Shown in pieces: positions 62,811 to 64,000 of a stretch of 64,000 bases of DNA. The first letter of the stretch is position 1, and every line of letters begins with the position of its first letter. The translations under genes and the position numbers were made by a program. Below the pieces are notes generated by a model, which was given only the letters and a program-made list of their open reading frames with translations, ran no database searches and was not told where the DNA came from. The DNA comes from Candidatus Moanibacter sp. (GTDB taxonomy: Bacteria > Verrucomicrobiota > Verrucomicrobiia > Opitutales > UBA2987): the NCBI GenBank assembly GCA_965215885.1, contig CBDCEW010000098.1, positions 1-64,000 on the forward strand, given 5' to 3'.

Positions 62811-63668
62811 TCCAAATTCTCGATTAGATCAGGACCACAGAGAGTTGAGCAGAAGGAAACAAAGGAGAAACGGAGAGAAAGATGAAAGAATTCTCATCCC
62901 GGCGAGCCGGGACAAAGACGCAAAGGGGGAAGAGGAAGAGTATGCCCACGGATGGCTCCGCAGTACCACGGATGGGGAATCAGTTGAACTTGGGTTGAAA
63001 GCCGACTTTTCTCCCTTCGCGAATTGCGACAAGGTTCGGGACAAGGCTTGCGACGAGGTTTGCTCGATTGAATGCCGAGCAGGCCTGCGGTGATCCCGCT
63101 GAGCGGGACGAACCCGCCTCGGCTAAATCACTCGACTCCTTCGACGTATGCTCAGGAAAAGCCCCTCGACATAAGCTTGGGAAAGGTTAGCTCGTCGAAG
63201 TACTTCCGAATCCGTCACCTGTGAGGAAATTCCTGATCAGACTGCGAAGTTTATAATTCTTCTGAATGCCCGGTATGACTTAGGCTCAGTTTCACCCGGT
63301 CAATCCGACAGAGACTGACCTTGTGACTGACGGGGCTAATTCCACTCCTATTGAGCCTACCTGCGAAAATTACATCACGGCGTAGTGCCGCCCTATGGCG
63401 GGGCGAAGACGGACCAACTTCCGGGATAGTTTCCTGAGCAAAAGCGGACCTGTCACGACGTTCCTCCCGACGAACCAGTGAAGCCGGAATGTGACTCTCA
63501 ATTCCTGTTTTACGAGCCATCTACCATGCCCTTTCATTTTTCTCTGTCTTCGAGGTAATCAAACAATTCGCAATCTGGCCCTTTCTGCGGCCCTTCTGCG
63601 GCCGGAATCGAATGTTAGAGATCCGTCTTACCACGCGCTTTAAAAGGGACTTTTGTGCGGTCCGGTTT

Positions 63669-64000
63669 TCAAGGAACCAATAATTGTGCCCAATTGACAA
63701 CGTTTGCAGCAATTTTGATCGCCTCGATGTGGTGCGCCTGTGTGGCTGGTGCGGTGAGGCCTGGGTAGCGCGCGAGAGTTGCATAAACAGTGAGCTTCCT
63801 GGCCTCGCGTACATCCGCTGGAATAGTCAGCCGTGTTGCTGGTAGACCGCCTTGATTGCGAACTCAGCGGCCTGCTGTGCCCAGTAGCATAAGTCTTCCC
63901 ACATTCCGCCCGCAGGCAACGATTGGCTTGTCAGGACCAGCTTCGCCTGCGCGCGCGCCAGCCAATCCTGAGGCGTTCCCGGAGCGGGGCTAGGAGGCGG
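63669..64000 (-). pseudogene. HEPN-domain gene remnant, 5' partial
   Basis: DWLARA...EDLCYWAQQAAEFAIKAVYQQHG* then, in another frame, LTVYA.LARYPG. Confidence 0.7.

Noticed and set aside
24624..63850. Stop-codon reassignment or selenocysteine to explain in-frame stops
   Set aside because: Interruptions involve TGA, TAG and TAA alike, and all three end intact genes; decay is the simpler explanation.
1..64000. Prophage, tRNA or rRNA genes
   Set aside because: No phage structural or replication genes and no recognisable tRNA or rRNA signatures were seen by eye.

Overview
A 64-kb bacterial fragment, probably from a PVC-group (Opitutales-like Verrucomicrobiota) genome; the taxon is inferred from gene content only. 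The left ~41 kb is a near-uninterrupted run of about 40 small minus-strand accessory genes (GNATs, glyoxalases, SAM methyltransferases, cupins, NUDIX, nucleotidyl/phosphotransferases, a BrnT-type toxin-antitoxin pair). It ends at what looks like a fossil integron platform: a divergent intI whose N- and C-termini are fused by an internal deletion (41117-41290), an attI-like GTTAAGT site, one near-complete attC, and only collapsed attC scars further down. The right ~23 kb is mostly core-like: a CrtI-like oxidoreductase-fabZ-fabI-oleA-oleB lipid/olefin operon, an Nramp-like transporter, an MtnK-like kinase, xerC, sufT, sppA, an M14 pseudo-peptidase, a frameshifted flavoprotein and a DapA-family enzyme. 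Three complete IS elements (ISL3, ISNCY-like, IS4) have visible IRs and target duplications. Intergenic DNA is dense with MITEs, several GTAG-REP families, BIME-like tandem arrays, nested hairpins, and short 24-48 nt modules inserted at fixed positions inside other repeats. No CRISPR, rRNA or tRNA was found. Protein family calls come from motif recognition, not database searches.
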